DNA from: an uncultured Planctomycetota bacterium | Lineage (GTDB): Bacteria; Planctomycetota; Planctomycetia; Gemmatales; Gemmataceae | DNA length: 64,000 nucleotides | Assembly: GCA_963849325.1 (NCBI GenBank) | Contig: CAWKHF010000005.1 | Coordinates: 864,001-928,000 of the forward strand | Direction of reading: 5' to 3' | Shown here: positions 8,800-22,973 of the stretch, in pieces | How positions within the stretch are numbered: the first letter of the stretch is position 1 | Layout: the number at the start of each line of letters is the position of its first letter | The notes under the pieces: model-generated | Seen by the model: the letters and a program-made list of their open reading frames with translations, nothing else | Database searches by the model: none | Told to the model about the DNA's origin: nothing | Translations under genes and position numbers: made by a program

Positions 8800-11700
8800 T
8801 CAATCGATGATGTTGTAATACGGCACCACCAACGGATCTTGTCGTGGATCGTAGGACTTCAGCGTCCACGGGCCGGGGTTGCCGCGCTGGATCACCTGGA
8901 CGCCGGGGGCGTGGCTCTTGTAGAAGGTGGCCTGGTATTGTACCGTCGGAAGAGCGCTCGTCACTTGCTGCAAAGTTACCGTCTCCTCGTTGTCGGTGCC
9001 CGGCTCGAACACTAGCGTCGAGCCGACGCCGATGCTCCAGGGTACTCCCGTGTACAGGTTGTTGCCTCCCGTCGCCGAAAACGTCAGTGGTATCGCGGGA
9101 GGCGGGGGACCTATCGGTTGTTGCGCGGTCTGCGGTCCGCCGGTCGGCGCGCCGGTCGCCGTTACATTGATCGCGCCGCCCGTGTATGTCGTCGAGAAGA
9201 CGTTCAAGTTCGTCCGATCGACGATAGCGAACATGCGATGCCGCACTTGCCGGCCCTCGCTGCGGCCAATCTCCGGCCCCAATTGAGGCACGTTCGGCTG
9301 GCCCACGGCCCCGCCGGGTATCACCTGGAAGAAGCCGACCGTCACGAACACCGCGAAGGTGTTGCTGCGCGTCGTCACGTTGTTGTACAGTTTCGTCAGC
9401 AACTGCGTCTGCAAGTAGGGATGGGTGGCCGAGGTGTCGGCCGAAATCGCGGGATTGGCCGTGCTAGCGCCGGGGTTTTGCATCAGCAACTGTGTCGTAG
9501 TCGCCGTCGAATTCGTAATCGTACGCAGAAGGGTATCCTGAATACTCACGCCGTTGGGATACTGCTGCCCAGCCTGGCTCGCCCCGGTGGCCAAGGGCAG
9601 GAAGGGCCGATCTAACGAATAGCCGGTCGGGACCGAAGTCGTCGGCACATTGGTTGGTCCAATCGCGCCGGTGCAGAGCCCTGTGCCCAAGGCGTATCCC
9701 ACGCTGGGCGAACGCGATTGCATCATGTAATTGAAGAGCTGGGCGACGGGGTCCGTGGCGTAGGGCGAACTATTGGAAGGCACAACGGGGAGGCCAATGC
9801 TCTGGTTGGCATCAATGAGGGCCTGCAAGATTTCCGCGTCCCAGATGGTGTTGATGTTAATCTTGCCGGGGATGCGTCCCAGGCCGTTGACGCCGAAGGC
9901 ACGGTCGCCGCATTCGAGGAACTCGAAGAGGCGAGAGAGCCGGTGCGTCGATCCAGCCGGTAATTTAGAGTCAAACCACCAGGGGCAGGTCGCTGGGTTA
10001 AGCGCCGCCGTTGCCGGAAGCCCATCTAACCACGGAGCGTAGTGCTGGAACATGTTGGCGGGAGTGGCGTCACTACCCTGCATGAACATCTGGGTGAGCT
10101 GGTAGGGTTGATACCCAGACACGTGCAGCAACTCGATGGGACTGATGACCTGGCGGTCGAGATGGACCAACCAGTCGTAATGATTGCTCTGCGGCAGCGG
10201 ACTGTTCTGCTGTCCGAACGTGTGGCTGACACCGGATGCCTTCGCCGGGCCGGGTTGATCGGCCGTGGGGCTGGTGGCCTGCGTGGTTGCGGTCGGTCCT
10301 GTTCCGTTAACCTGCGTGAAGGCGGCGTATGGCTGACGTTTGCCGCGCGAGGCATAGCCCGGCAGCGGCGCCGGTGGCACGCCCGCCGCCGAGACGCCGT
10401 TGGAACGAATCGGCACGTTCTGGAGGTAATCGACCGTGACGTAGGGGTTGTAATTGGGTCCAGGCGTTCCGTTGTACGGCAAGTACGGATTCGCCAGCCG
10501 GCGAAGCAGTATCGTAAGGCCGGTGGTCCGCTCATCGGTGGTCCCTCCGAGACCCCAGGTCGGCGTATACGACATATTGGCCGTGCGCACTACGAGCGTG
10601 GCGGCCGGTGCGTCCGAGAACGGATCTTGATAGTCGGCGGCCGGCGTCGGTGAATTCGGACCAACCAAGAAGTATTGTTGCGGAGCGACGGTGGCTCCGC
10701 CGGGGACTGCGGCCCCGCCGATCGTCTTCACGTTGGCGGCCAAGAAATCCCCATTGCTCGTGCTGACTGGGAATGGCGCGACGATGTTCGCCTTGCCCAG
10801 GACATTCATGCTGGCGTCCGTCAGGGGAGCCGGGTTGGCCATGAGGTTCTGAGCGATGGTAACGCGATAGGGGCTGTAACCGCCGTTGCCCGTCATGTAT
10901 AGCGGGACGGGAGTGCCGTCTTGTTGCTGGGCCATGTTGGCGCCGTGGGCGGCGTCTGCATCGAGTTGTACAACTCGACCCAAACATTCACCTGTTCGCC
11001 GGCGACGGGGGCGAGGGCCGGGGTGGAATTCTGGGCCTCGGCCAGCGCCTCGTTGAGCACCACCTTCGGCAGTTCGGTGCCAAACACCCAGAACATGGGA
11101 TTGGCTCCCGTGTTGGTCGCTTCGTCGCTGCCGTTCATCTGAGGGGCCGGAGTAGTAATCGCAGCCCCATTCGTGTCCTGGGTGGTGTAAAAGTTAAAGG
11201 GAGTGCTGATATCGTCTTCGTCGATGAAATCGACAATGTTGACCGCCAGCTGAGCGAGCCAGCGGCGCGGGGCAAGGTCGGCGGCAGACGGATTGATAGG
11301 CGTGCCCGTCGGATTGGTAGGCGTGCCCGGCCCCGTGATCCCAGCGGTGCCCGGCACCGGAATCCCCGCGAGGGCCAGCAGACGGCGATAGATGTCGTTG
11401 GCCAGCGCTTGCCGGGCGTTTTGGGCCGCCAGGAACTGGTTGTAGATCGGATTTCCAGCCGTCAGGTTGTAGCCGGTGCTCGCTCCCGCCATAGCGCCGG
11501 CCGTATAGGGAGGGACCAAACCGCTGCCCATGTGTGGATAAGGCGGCAGCGGACGGTTCAACTGGATACGACCGCCGGGAGACGTATACGGGAACAAATT
11601 GTTCGCCGTATATGTGGTCACATTGGCGGTCAGTGCTCGCCAGTCGGTGCCAAACTCGCTCGTGGGTGGACTGGTCCCCGCAGGGTTGACGATGGTCTGA

Positions 11701-13564
11701 TTGGGCGGCAGCGTTGGGAAAAGCACGGCTTGGCCGGACGGCGCGAACTGTGCTCCGTTCGTATTGGCCGCCAGATACGACGCCACCGGCATCCCACTCC
11801 ACCAGTTGGGAGAGAGAGCGGGCGTGCCGAGGTCCATGCTGAGCGTGGTCACGAGATTGCGAAGTCGCGGATAGGCGGCTCGGATAGGCGGGCTCGGGCC
11901 GAGATTTTTCGGACACAGCCGCAGCAGGTCGGACATCAGGGCCGAGCTGCCGGCATCGACGGCGCTTCCGGTGAGGCTGTTCGGCCGCATCAGCGGTTCC
12001 ATGTCCGACGCGCGAAACAGACGATCGTCGGTTCCGTTGTACATGCACCGATCGGAGGAGATCGTACAGTAATGGATGATTGGTGTTCTCGGTGCCGCCG
12101 TTGAGGTAACCCTGAGTGAACGTCGGGAAGCAATTCGTCGCGGTGGCGCCGGACTGCGGCGAGCACCGGACGACTGCTGGGCGTTGGCACTGCCGGTGAC
12201 ACAACCGGCGTCGCAGCCTCGTTCAGTCCGTTATAATCGACCGGGGCGTAGAAATGCGGGCCGGTCCCGGCCGGGGCCGGGTAGGCGGTCGGAGTCGGCA
12301 CACCAGGTTGGGTCAGCTGGATGGGCAGGTTTGGCGCGTTCGGCGTGCCCGTTGCGCCGTAGCGGCCATAGACCTTCTGCACACCAGCGGGAGGAGGACC
12401 GGCGGGAGGCGGATTTCCTACGATCAGATTGATGTGTTCGGTGGGCCAGGTCGTATAGGTGGGCGGCTGGTTCATCGTGTTTACCGCCTGGTCCGCGTAG
12501 AGAACCTTGGCCAGGTTGACTTCCCACGGACCCCAACCCTGGTTCGAGACGTGCGGCGCGGTGCTGCGGCGCATTCGCATAGTTCAAAATGTTCCCCGCC
12601 GTGTTCAGGTTAATGCGGCCGTCCAGGTCCACGATGAGCGGAGCAAACAGCATCTTGTATTGCGTGCCGTCCGCCGCCGTCATCACCGGCGCGCCGAGGT
12701 CGATCCAGATGCTGTCGTTGCCGCCGGGCGCCCAGACCAGGTTCTTGACATCACCGTTGGGATCGTCCGGGAGGGGGAACAGAGGATGCTCGGCGGGTCG
12801 CGGACGCGGCGTCAGGTATTTGCCCTGCGGACTGGTCCAATTGGGATTCGTCATGTCGTTCAATTGGTAGAATTCCATTGACCGTTCGCGAGCTACGTTC
12901 TGGAACAGCCAGGCACGATGGTAGGACGGCGTCAGTACCTGGCCGTAAGCGTTCACGGCGGCGAGGAAGAAGTTGTTGAGATCGGGATAGGTGTAAGGAG
13001 CGTTGCCGCCCACATAGGTGTTCGGTGGATTAGGCAGACTATTGCTCTGGGCAAGAGCATTCGTCCGCGTAGAGTAGCGCTCGGGGTCGCGTAAGAAATG
13101 GTCTCCGGAGAACCAGGTATAATTGACAGAGTGTAATCGTCCACCGTCACCGGCTGGAGCTGCCTGTCGCGGGATTGAACATCGTTAGCGGATCGGGTAG
13201 TGCAGTCGGCCGATGCCATTGAACGGGACGATATTGCTTCCGGGGACGAATACCGGACCGCCGGCTGGCTATAGTTGTAGCCGTACATGGTACGGGCCAG
13301 GCTGTGGCCGCGCAGACCGGAGCCGACGCCGGTAACGTCATCGTTCACGTCGTAGATGAACTGGCCGAGGAAGAACGCGAGGGCCTGCTCGGGGTCCACG
13401 TCGGCGCGTTGCTGTCGATTCGGATTCGCGGGCGATGCGCGCGGAGGTGGCCTCGCTGCTGGCGTACAGCACGAACGAGATGCCGACGATGGCGAACAAC
13501 GTCAACAGCGCCAGCACGACCAGAAGGATGATGCCGCGCCGCTCGGTGTTCGGTTCAATCGCAT
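8800..13564 (-). CDS. Giant (~1,550-aa) PilX/PilY-like pilus-associated protein, split by several indels
   Basis: N-terminus [27 protein letters not shown] (PilX/GspK-like); [32 protein letters not shown] motifs spread across ORFs 12953..13399, 12231..13013, 11990..12580, 10893..12044 and 8800..10983. Confidence 0.75.
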
Positions 13565-13631
13565 GACTGTGGTCTCCGTGTGCGTACCATCCCGCGGGCC
13601 GTGGCGCTGCAGCTCGGCGGCGGCGGCCTCA

Positions 13632-15040
13632 TTACATCGCTTGCACAACCGTCACTTGCCGCGTTTGATTCGTCTTCGTGTCCCAAATGCGAATCGATAT
13701 CTGAATCGCCTGCACGATCGGGCCGGACTGAAGTAGCGGAATTCCACAATGGAATGCTCGTGTTTGTCCGTTGGCTGTTCCAAATCGAGTAGTTGGCCGG
13801 TGAGAAGGCGGAACCTGAAACTATCGTGACGCTGCTCCAGGTGTCGAAGACCATCGGTCCTGTGACCGGGTTGAAAGATGTTCGGGTTGCCGTTGAAATA
13901 GTTGGCGGGGCGACAGGTGCATTGGTGAACGTTCCGGGTTGAGCAGCGTCACGAACGGTTCATCGGGAAATGTGGGGTCTGTTATAAGGAGGGCCGTAGA
14001 ACCCCGCGTATATTAGCGGCCAGCAGGCGCACGTCGAAGGACACCACATCGGTCAGCTGGATGTCCGCCCCCTTGAGGGTCGGACGGCAATTGCCATAGG
14101 GCCAGGCTCGGATAACCCATGGTCGAATACCGGCTCGGGCGGATAGTCTGCCATCACATAATCTTGCAATCCGAAAGGGGGTTCAGGAGGCCCAAGTATC
14201 ATGCCGAAACGCCGGTTCGGCACGGTCAGGTCGCTAGGGTTATTGAAGTATATAGAGTATGTATTCGCCGGGGCGAGATTGGAGAAATATACATCCATGG
14301 CTCATTTCGAGGAATGGCTGAACAAGCGCTTCTGGAACGCCTAAATTCCCGCGGGCACCGAGAAGGCGATGGACTGCGGGGGCACCAAACTGTTGTCGGG
14401 CACGCACAAGCGCTGATTGCGGCACAGCGTCCACAGCGGCGGCCCTCCCGCGCCTGCCGTGTCCTGAAAGTTCGTATTGGGGTCGCTCTGCGGCAGGAGG
14501 AACCATGTCACCTCGGCCCACTGGTAATTGTAGGTGCTGGTTGACGTTTGATACCTGCGCTTCCATGGGACCGAAACCGTGATCGAGCCGAGAAGTTGTC
14601 CGCTTCCGGACGGCCCCGAGGTAAAGAAATCACCCTGCTGATTGCCGCGCAGCTTGACCGTGAAGGAGATCGTGTGATCGACGCTGAGAAAGGAGCTAAT
14701 GCCGTCGATGTCTGTCCCTTCAAGAACGCTGGAGCTACCGGGAACTGCGGAAGGCGGACTGCCGTGCCAGACCCGGAAGAAACCCTGCTGCGGCGGACCG
14801 TTGACCCAGAAATTCGGATTGCTGAGACGCTTCGTGCCCTCGAAGTGGTCGGCGGCCAGGTCGTGCTGCATCATCGCAGTAACGGCACGCAACTTGTTGG
14901 CCATGTCGCCGACGGCCTTGAGGTTGCGGAACGTGTTCGTCGCGGACACGAACGCCTGCGACAGGATGGCCATGATGAACATGATCAGGGCCATCGCCAC
15001 CAGCAGTTCCACCAGCGTAAAGCCGTTGTCGGCGTCGCAT
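13632..15040 (-). CDS. PilW/GspJ-like minor pilin, split by indels
   Basis: GFTLVELLVAMALIMFIMAIL prepilin motif; ends ...IRIW...RQVTVVQAM*. Confidence 0.8.
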
Positions 15041-15108
15041 GGTCGATGCTCCCAGATGCGCCGGACGGGCCGTTGATGAGGTGGATAAAAAAACTCCGGT
15101 CCATCCGC

Positions 15109-16060
15109 TTAAGGTTGCCAGCTAAACCCCTTATCGAAAACTTCCACCGCGTAATCCATGACCACGACCTGGGAAACGTTGCCGATCGGGTTGGGCTGCA
15201 CGTCGAGTGCCGCCGATCCGGCCCCCGTGTCGGTCACGTTCACGACGCGATAAAAATTCGCTTGCGGAACGGCGGGAATCCCAGGCACTCCGGTTCCAAA
15301 GATCGGCGTGGTATCGAGGATCGATATCCCGCGCTTGAGGTTCGGCGACTGCGTTGCGGGGTTCCAATTCAGAACCAATCCACCCCCGGCGACGCTGGCG
15401 GAATAGGTCTGTTCGATGGTGGGTACGAGGGTCGGCCGACCGCTGTAGACCACCACGGTGACATCGACCGTCGTATTGGACCACGCTTGCGGCCGACGTA
15501 GCATGTACGCCCAGCTGTACCGCCGGCCGCGCTCGATACTGCCGCCGCTGAGGTCCGGTGTGCCGTTGGGAAGGAAAGTAATGTCGTTGGGCAAGCTGAA
15601 CCATCGATCCACCAACGGCATCGCCACGGGCGGAGACGGCAGAGGTATCGTCAGGGGCAGGCCGATGAAACTGACGAGGCCTGCGCCGGATGAGCGGCGG
15701 AGAGGTGCCCAGGGTACTCATCCCAGAGGGATCGACGTAGACCGGATAGCTCGGCCCCGTGTACCACGGGGGCAAAGTCAAATTTCCCGCGTTGGATTGA
15801 ACGACGAACAGATTGGGTAGGGTCTGACTCGGATCACCCGTTATCCACAGATCCTGACGGAGGTTCTTGGCGAGGGCGACCTGCTCGGCCATGCTGGCGG
15901 CACTGGTACAGCGGTCGTCCTTGAGGGCCTGGCCCATGGTGACGGCGCCCAGTGGGAACAGCGCCAACAACGCCAGCATGCCGATAGCCATGATGAACAT
16001 GGCCACCAGCACTTCCATCAGCGTAACAGCGGGCCGTCGTATCATGATGCGTATCTCCAT
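15109..16060 (-). CDS. PilV/GspI-like minor pilin, split by an indel
   Basis: AVTLMEVLVAMFIMAIGMLALLALFPLG. Confidence 0.85.
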
Positions 16061-16063
16061 CGT

Positions 16064-17083
<1,020 letters not shown>

Positions 17084-17098
17084 GACCTCCGCCGGCGA

Positions 17099-18095
17099 TT
17101 ACGGGGTGCTGAACAGGTCGTCGTTGTAGGTAACCGGCGTCATCACCGACAACCAGATCGGATCGAAGCTCGGGTTCTTGCCCCTGTTGTCCCTGTCCGG
17201 CCCGGAGGAGGCGAGCATGGGCATGAGCTTGTACGAACAATTGCCTCCAGCCAGCGGTTGCAGGGTCAACTGCGTGAAGAGGGTCGTATTGCGCTGGACC
17301 AGGCCTGGCTGTTCAGTAAGCCCTGGGGATCGCCCGGATCGTTGATGCCTGGCTGCCCTCCGCTGGGAACCTGGGGATTGCTGTTGACCAACGGACAACC
17401 GGCCGGGACTGCGCGTGAAATACAACGGCTGTCCCCACGCATCCACATAAGCGCGGATGCTCTGGTTGCCTCCCAGGGGGATACTCTGCGTCGAGCCGCC
17501 GGTGCCAACGTCTCCACTTCCGCCGCCGCCGCTCTGCGTCCGTTGCATGGCCATCAGCAAGCACGCCGCGGATTCGTAAGGTTGAGGGCTGTAGGCCGCG
17601 CGACTCACATACGCTTGGGTGATCCCCAGGTTGTTCAGGTAGCTGACATAGGCCGGCAGCGGAGGCAGCGGCGAGGCCGGAACGATGGGAGATATTCCCA
17701 GTTGAGCCAGTTGCGGGTTGTTGTACTGAACGCCCAGTGCCTCGCCGAAGTTCATCGGGAACAGCTGGCGCATTCTCAGCTTCACATAGACCACGTGAAA
17801 CGCGCCGTGGCATTGGCGTCCGTCCCCGCTAGGTTGAGAGCTTGCACGCTGGGGGGGATCGTTTCTCTGAGAGCCTGGTCCTTGGCGGCGGACCATTGCT
17901 TGTTGAGGGCCGATTGGAGCTTGTTCAGCGTCGTTTGCGTATTGCCCACTTCCTGCACGGACAGATACTTCAACACGGCCGAGGCGCCATGCGCCAGCAG
18001 CGCGGCGATGATGACGGTGACCACCATCAACTCGATCAGCGTGAAACCGTCCGGCGCCTGGCGCCGGACGGAGTATGGACCTCGATTCGTGGCAT
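17099..18095 (-). CDS. Prepilin-type (GspG-like) protein, split by indels
   Basis: GFTLIELMVVTVIIAALLA; DAWGQPL; SSGPD motif. Confidence 0.8.
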
Positions 18096-18115
18096 GACCG
18101 ATCCTCCTCGATTCC

Positions 18116-19066
18116 TTATTGTCCGGCGCCCAGGGTGCCGCTGGCGAAGTTCGCCTGGTCATCGTAACCGGGAGTACCCCTGGTCACGCCGCCCGCGGGA
18201 TTCCACGGATAGAACCATTCGTCGCCGTACCGAACATGACATCCTTCCCCGCCGAAATGATCTGGTAGGTGTTGTTGTTCGTGAAGTTCGCTGTGCCGGC
18301 GGCTGTCATTTCAAAGTACGGCCAGGCGGCGATGGATGCGCAGTCTCCCCCGACTGCGGATGTCACGGGGTTGTAGCCGTTGATTTTTCCTGCGGAGCTG
18401 AAGAAGGCATACGGTTTCGGTGTTTTAATGCTCCAGTCATCTACATAGACGGGGAACGAGCCGACGGGACGGAGACGCGCCGGGTTGAAGTTGAAGTAAG
18501 GGCCTTTGCGCTGCGTACCTGCACTGGCAGGAGTCGCCGGCCCCATGGGGTTTGCCGGGCTGACCACCACATTCGGCGAAAACCCGGTCATACTGACGCC
18601 GCTGGCCGTGGAAATCGGAATGCCGCCCAGGTAAAAGACGAGACACTGTTCGCCTTCCAAGACATACATTTCGTTGGGGTTGCCATTACCGTTCCAATCG
18701 CAAATCGCCGAAGTCACGCTGAAGCTGCGCCCAAACCACTGCTGGAGGAAAGCGACCGTCTGGGCGGCCAAGGCGGCATTCACCGGGCCTTGAGCACCAC
18801 CGATCACCGCCGCATATTGACTGCCATTTTCGCACAGAAAAAGGCAGCTGGGCGGCGGCGTGCTGAGATTATAATCCGACATGAAGCCGCCAGGGCGACT
18901 TCCAACTGCCGATCTCCGTGCGCGTCTTCACCTCCGGGATCTTCTCCATCGCCTTCATCACCGCGGCGGCCGTCAGGCTCACCAGGACGGCGATGATGGT
19001 GATGACCACCATCAGCTCGATCATCGTGAAGGCCGACCGCGTCTTCCGCGAATGGATGCGTATCAT
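18116..19066 (-). CDS. Prepilin-type (GspG-like) protein, split by indels
   Basis: AFTMIELMVVITIIAVLVSL; YQIISAGKD..FG; DDQANF. Confidence 0.8.
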
Positions 19067-19105
19067 GAGTGTCTCCTTGTGTCGCGCAAGCCGCAAGCGG
19101 CCTCT

Positions 19106-20349
19106 CTACTTGCTCAACCCTTCCAGCAGTTTGATCAGCGGCATGAACAACGCGATCACGATGGTGCCGATGATGAAGCCGAGCACCACGATCATGAGCG
19201 GCTCCAGCAGGCTGATGAGGCTCTCGACCATCACGTCCACTTCCTCATCGTAGACATCGGCGATCTTGTAAAGCATCGTATCCAGGTCGCCGGTCTCCTC
19301 GCCGACGTCGATCATGTTGACCACCATGTCATCGACCAGCCGGCTCTCCTTGAGCGGCTGCGCGATGGTGTCGCCCTCGCGGATCGACTCGTAGACGCGC
19401 TGGTACATGCGCTCGAAGACGGCGTTGGTGCAGGTCTCGCGGACGATGCTCAGCGCCTCCAGGATGGGCACGCCGGAGCTGACCAGCGTGCCCAGCGTCC
19501 GCGTCGTGCGGGCCACGATCGTCTTCTCGATCAGCGGGCCGACGATCGGTATCCACAGGTAGATGCGGTCCAGGGCGTACGAGCCGGTCTTGTTGAGGCG
19601 GATGAGCTTGATCATCAGCCACCAGCACAACGGGAACAGCGGCAGGACGTACCAGTAGTTGGCGAACCAGCGCGACGTGGCCATCAGCGCTTCGGTCAGG
19701 GCCGGCAGCTTCATGCCGAAGTCCTTGAAGATCTTCTCGAACTTCGGAATGATGTACAACATGATGAAGGTCAGGATGGCCACCGCCGTCAGGATGACCA
19801 CGACGGGATAGACCATGGCGCCGGTGATCTTGCGTTTGAGGCTCTGCGCCTTTTCCTTGAAGTCGGCGAGGCGTTTGAGAATGACTTCGAGGGCGCCGCC
19901 GGCCTCGCCGGCCTTGACCATGTTGACGTAGAGACGATCGAAGCATTTGGGGTGCTTGGCGAACGCCTCCGACAGCGTGCTGCCGGACTCGACGTCGTCC
20001 ACCACGTCGATCAGCGCGTTTTTGAGGACGCCGGGCTTCATCTGATGTTCGAGGATGCGCAGACTGCGCAGCACCGGCAGGCCGGCGTCTTGCAGGGTCG
20101 AGAACTGGCGCGTGAAGGTGCAGAGGATTCTTGCTGGAGACGCCGCCGATGGTGAAGGTTTGGCCCTTCTTTCTCTTGCGCGCCCTTCTTGCCCTTGGCC
20201 TTCTTGGCGCCGGCCATTTCCGTGATCTTGGTCACGAAATAGCCCATTTGGCGGATCTTTTGTTGCGCTTCTTCCTCGCTCATGGCCTCGACGGAGTCCT
20301 TGACCTCTCCGCCGCTGGTGTCCATCGCCTCGTACTTGTAGGTCGGCAT
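19106..20349 (-). CDS. pilC: Type IV pilus/T2SS platform protein PilC/GspF; indel near 20125
   Basis: MPTYKYEAMD; AGEAGGAL; GAMVYP; VGEETGDL; LLEP. Confidence 0.93.
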
Positions 20350-20358
20350 GACGCCCCC

Positions 20359-20391
20359 AAAGTTCTGAGTTCTGAGTTCTGAGTTCTGAGT
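20359..20391. repeat. Heptamer tandem arm AAAGTTCTG(AGTTCTG)3AGT, left inverted repeat
   Basis: Perfect 33-bp reverse complement of 20831-20863. Confidence 0.95.
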
Positions 20392-20409
20392 AAGAACAGC
20401 GAGCGTCAT

Positions 20410-20790
20410 CTAGCGATTGTCGCAGTACCGCTCGACGGACGCTCTCAGACCTCCAATAACCCGGCCCACTTCTTCCGCTTGTTGGAGAAATTGGGCAAAG
20501 ACTTCTTGATCCAAGTATTCCGCGTCGAACGCAACATACAACTGAGAACGAACTTCGGCACAGGATCCTTTCGCAATGCGAAGGAAGTTGTGAAACTCCG
20601 CCGACGTTCCTTTCTCGAACCCCTCCGCCACGTTCGACATGATCGATACCGCGGCCCTACGAATCTGCTCTCGAAGACCATAATCCCGAGCGAACAACCC
20701 TGTCCGCGTCACTCGGTAGATTGCTTTCGTTAGTAATCGCGCCTTCTGCCAGGCGATCAAGTCCTCGAATCGCTTGACCCCCGTACTCAC
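20410..20790 (-). CDS. Four helix bundle protein (23S rRNA intervening-sequence/Avd-like family)
   Basis: [10 protein letters not shown]...[21 protein letters not shown]...[19 protein letters not shown] start after GGAGG. Confidence 0.93.
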   Translation of the reverse strand: MSTGVKRFEDLIAWQKARLLTKAIYRVTRTGLFARDYGLREQIRRAAVSIMSNVAEGFEKGTSAEFHNFLRIAKGSCAEVRSQLYVAFDAEYLDQEVFAQFLQQAEEVGRVIGGLRASVERYCDNR

Positions 20791-20830
20791 ATCTGGTCCC
20801 TCCGTCTGAGCCTCGACTGCTCCGTCTTGC

Positions 20831-20863
20831 ACTCAGAACTCAGAACTCAGAACTCAGAACTTT
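20831..20863. repeat. Heptamer tandem arm (ACTCAGA)4ACTTT, right inverted repeat
   Basis: Read directly from the sequence. Confidence 0.95.
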
Positions 20864-20867
20864 TTTT

Positions 20868-22848
20868 CTAGCCCTCATCTTCCAGCACGGTTTCGCGGAC
20901 CACTTCCTCGATGGTGGTGACGCCATCGTAGATGGCGTGCAGGCCGGACTCGCGCAGACCGACCATGCCGTGGCGCAGGCAGGCCGCCCGCAGCTCGTCG
21001 GTCGAAGAGCCGGCGGAGATCATGTCGCGCAGGTCGTCGTTGATGATGACCAGCTCGTACAGGCCGGTGCGGCCGCGGTGGCCGGTGTTGTTGCAGCGAT
21101 CGCAGCCTCGACCGTAGTAGAACTTCTTGCCCTTGACCTCCTCCGGCCGCATGTTCAACTCCATGAGCATCTCGGCCGACGGCTCGAACTCGGTGCGGCA
21201 GTCCTCGCAGATCTTGCGCACCAGGCGCTGGGCCAGGATGGCCTCGACCGTGGCCGTGATCAGAAACGGCTCCAGACCCATGTCGCGCAGGCGCGTGATG
21301 GTGCTGGGCGCGTCGTTGGTGTGCAGGGTGCTGAAGACAATGTGGCCGGTCAGCGACGCCTGCACGGCGATCTGCGCCGTCTCCAGGTCGCGGATCTCGC
21401 CGACCAGGATCTTGTCGGGGTCCTGGCGCAGGATGGCCCGCAGCGCCGAGGCGAACGTCAGGCCGATCTCGTGGTTCATCTGGCACTGAATGATGCCGTC
21501 GATGTCGTACTCGACCGGGTCCTCGGTGGTGATGATCTTCTCGCTGATGACGTTCAGCTCGTTGAGGGCGGAGTACAGCGTGGTCGTCTTGCCGGCGCCG
21601 GTCGGGCCGGTGACGAGGATGATGCCGTTGGGCTTGCCGATGACCTGGCGGAACTCGGCCAACAGTCTGCGACGGCATGCCGATCTTGTTGAGGTCCAGC
21701 GACACGACGGTGCGGTCGAGCACGCGGATGACGACGCTCTCGCCGAACATGGTCGGCAGGATGCTGACGCGCATGTCCACCGGATTGCCGCCGACGTTCA
21801 GCTCGATGCGGCCGTCCTGCGGCATTCGGCGCTCGGCGATGTCGAGGTTGGACATGACCTTGATGCGGCTGGAGATGGCGTTGGCCAGGTGGCGCGGCGG
21901 CGGCACCATTTCGTAGAGCACGCCGTCGCAGCGGTAACGCATTTTGTACTCTTCCTCGAACGGCTCGAAATGGATGTCGCTGGCGTGGTCCTTGATGGCC
22001 AGCAGGAACACCATGTTGATGAGCTTGCGGACGGGGGCGGCCTCGGCCATCTCGAACATGTCTTCCAGGTCGATGCTGGTCTCGGCCCGGCGTTTGCCCA
22101 GCTCGGGGTTGTTCTCGATCTCCGTGATGATGTCGATGATGCTCTCTTCCTTGCCGGCGTAGGCCTTGGCGATGGCCTCGTCGATGGCCTGCGGCGTGGC
22201 CAGCTGCGCCTGCACTTCGTTGATGTTGAGCAGGTTGCGCAGGTCGTCCAGGGCGGCGAGGTTGTTGGGATCGCCGATGGCGATGGTCAATACCTTGTCC
22301 TTGAAGGACAGGGGAAGCACCTTGTAGACGCCGGCCATGGTCTCGGGGACGAGTTGGGTGGCCTCCGGCGTCGGCTTGGTCTCTTGCAGGTTGGCGACCT
22401 TCAGTCCGTGCTGTTCGCCGAGAGCTTGCAGCAGTTGGTCCTCGGTGATGAGGCCGCGTCCCATGGCGGCCTGGCCGATCGGCTGGGCGGTGTTCTTGGC
22501 CTCTTCGAGGACTTCCCACAGCTGGTCCTCGTCGAGGAAACCGAGATCGACGAGGACCTGGCCGAACTTGCGACGGCCGCCGGCCGAGGTGTTTTTGGCG
22601 GGGCTTTTCTTGGCGGGGGCCTTGGCGGCGGGTTTGCCGCTGCCGGCCTTGGAGACCGGCGCCGCCGGTTTGCCCGTCGGCACAGCCGGTTTACCGGCCG
22701 GCGCGGCCGGTTTGCCCGTCGGTGCGGCCGGCTTGATGGACCCGGAGACCGGCTTGCCCGCCGGCGGTTTGCCCGCGGGCGGCTTGCCGGACGCCGCGCC
22801 CGGTGGAGTGGGTTTCTTGGGAGGTATCGATTCGTTCGGCGCCGCCAT
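20868..22848 (-). CDS. pilB: GspE/PilB ATPase (copy 1) with Pro/Ala/Gly/Lys-rich N-terminal extension; indel near 21665
   Basis: [37 protein letters not shown], CxxC...CxxC. Confidence 0.93.
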
Positions 22849-22892
22849 ACCAGGTGCTCCTCAGCAAGATGCCGGACAGGATCACGTTCGCC

Positions 22893-22955
22893 GTTTCGCC
22901 GCGACGCGCAGCGGAGCGCGGGACTGACGCGCTCCGCTGCGCGTCGCGGCTAAAC
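22893..22955. repeat. REP-like palindrome, family B (second copy at 60303-60369)
   Basis: GCCGCGACGCGCAGCGGAGCGCG...CGCGCTCCGCTGCGCGTCGCGGC. Confidence 0.9.
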
Positions 22956-22973
22956 AAAAGACATTTCTGGCGA

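Noticed and set aside
20410-20790. Diversity-generating retroelement (Avd-like gene near pilin genes)
   Set aside because: No reverse transcriptase and no template/variable repeat pair differing at adenines was seen in the window.
21490-22953. Long antisense and alternate-frame ORFs (also 30221..31810, 32484..33914 and others)
   Set aside because: Shadow ORFs of high-GC coding genes with no recognisable motifs.
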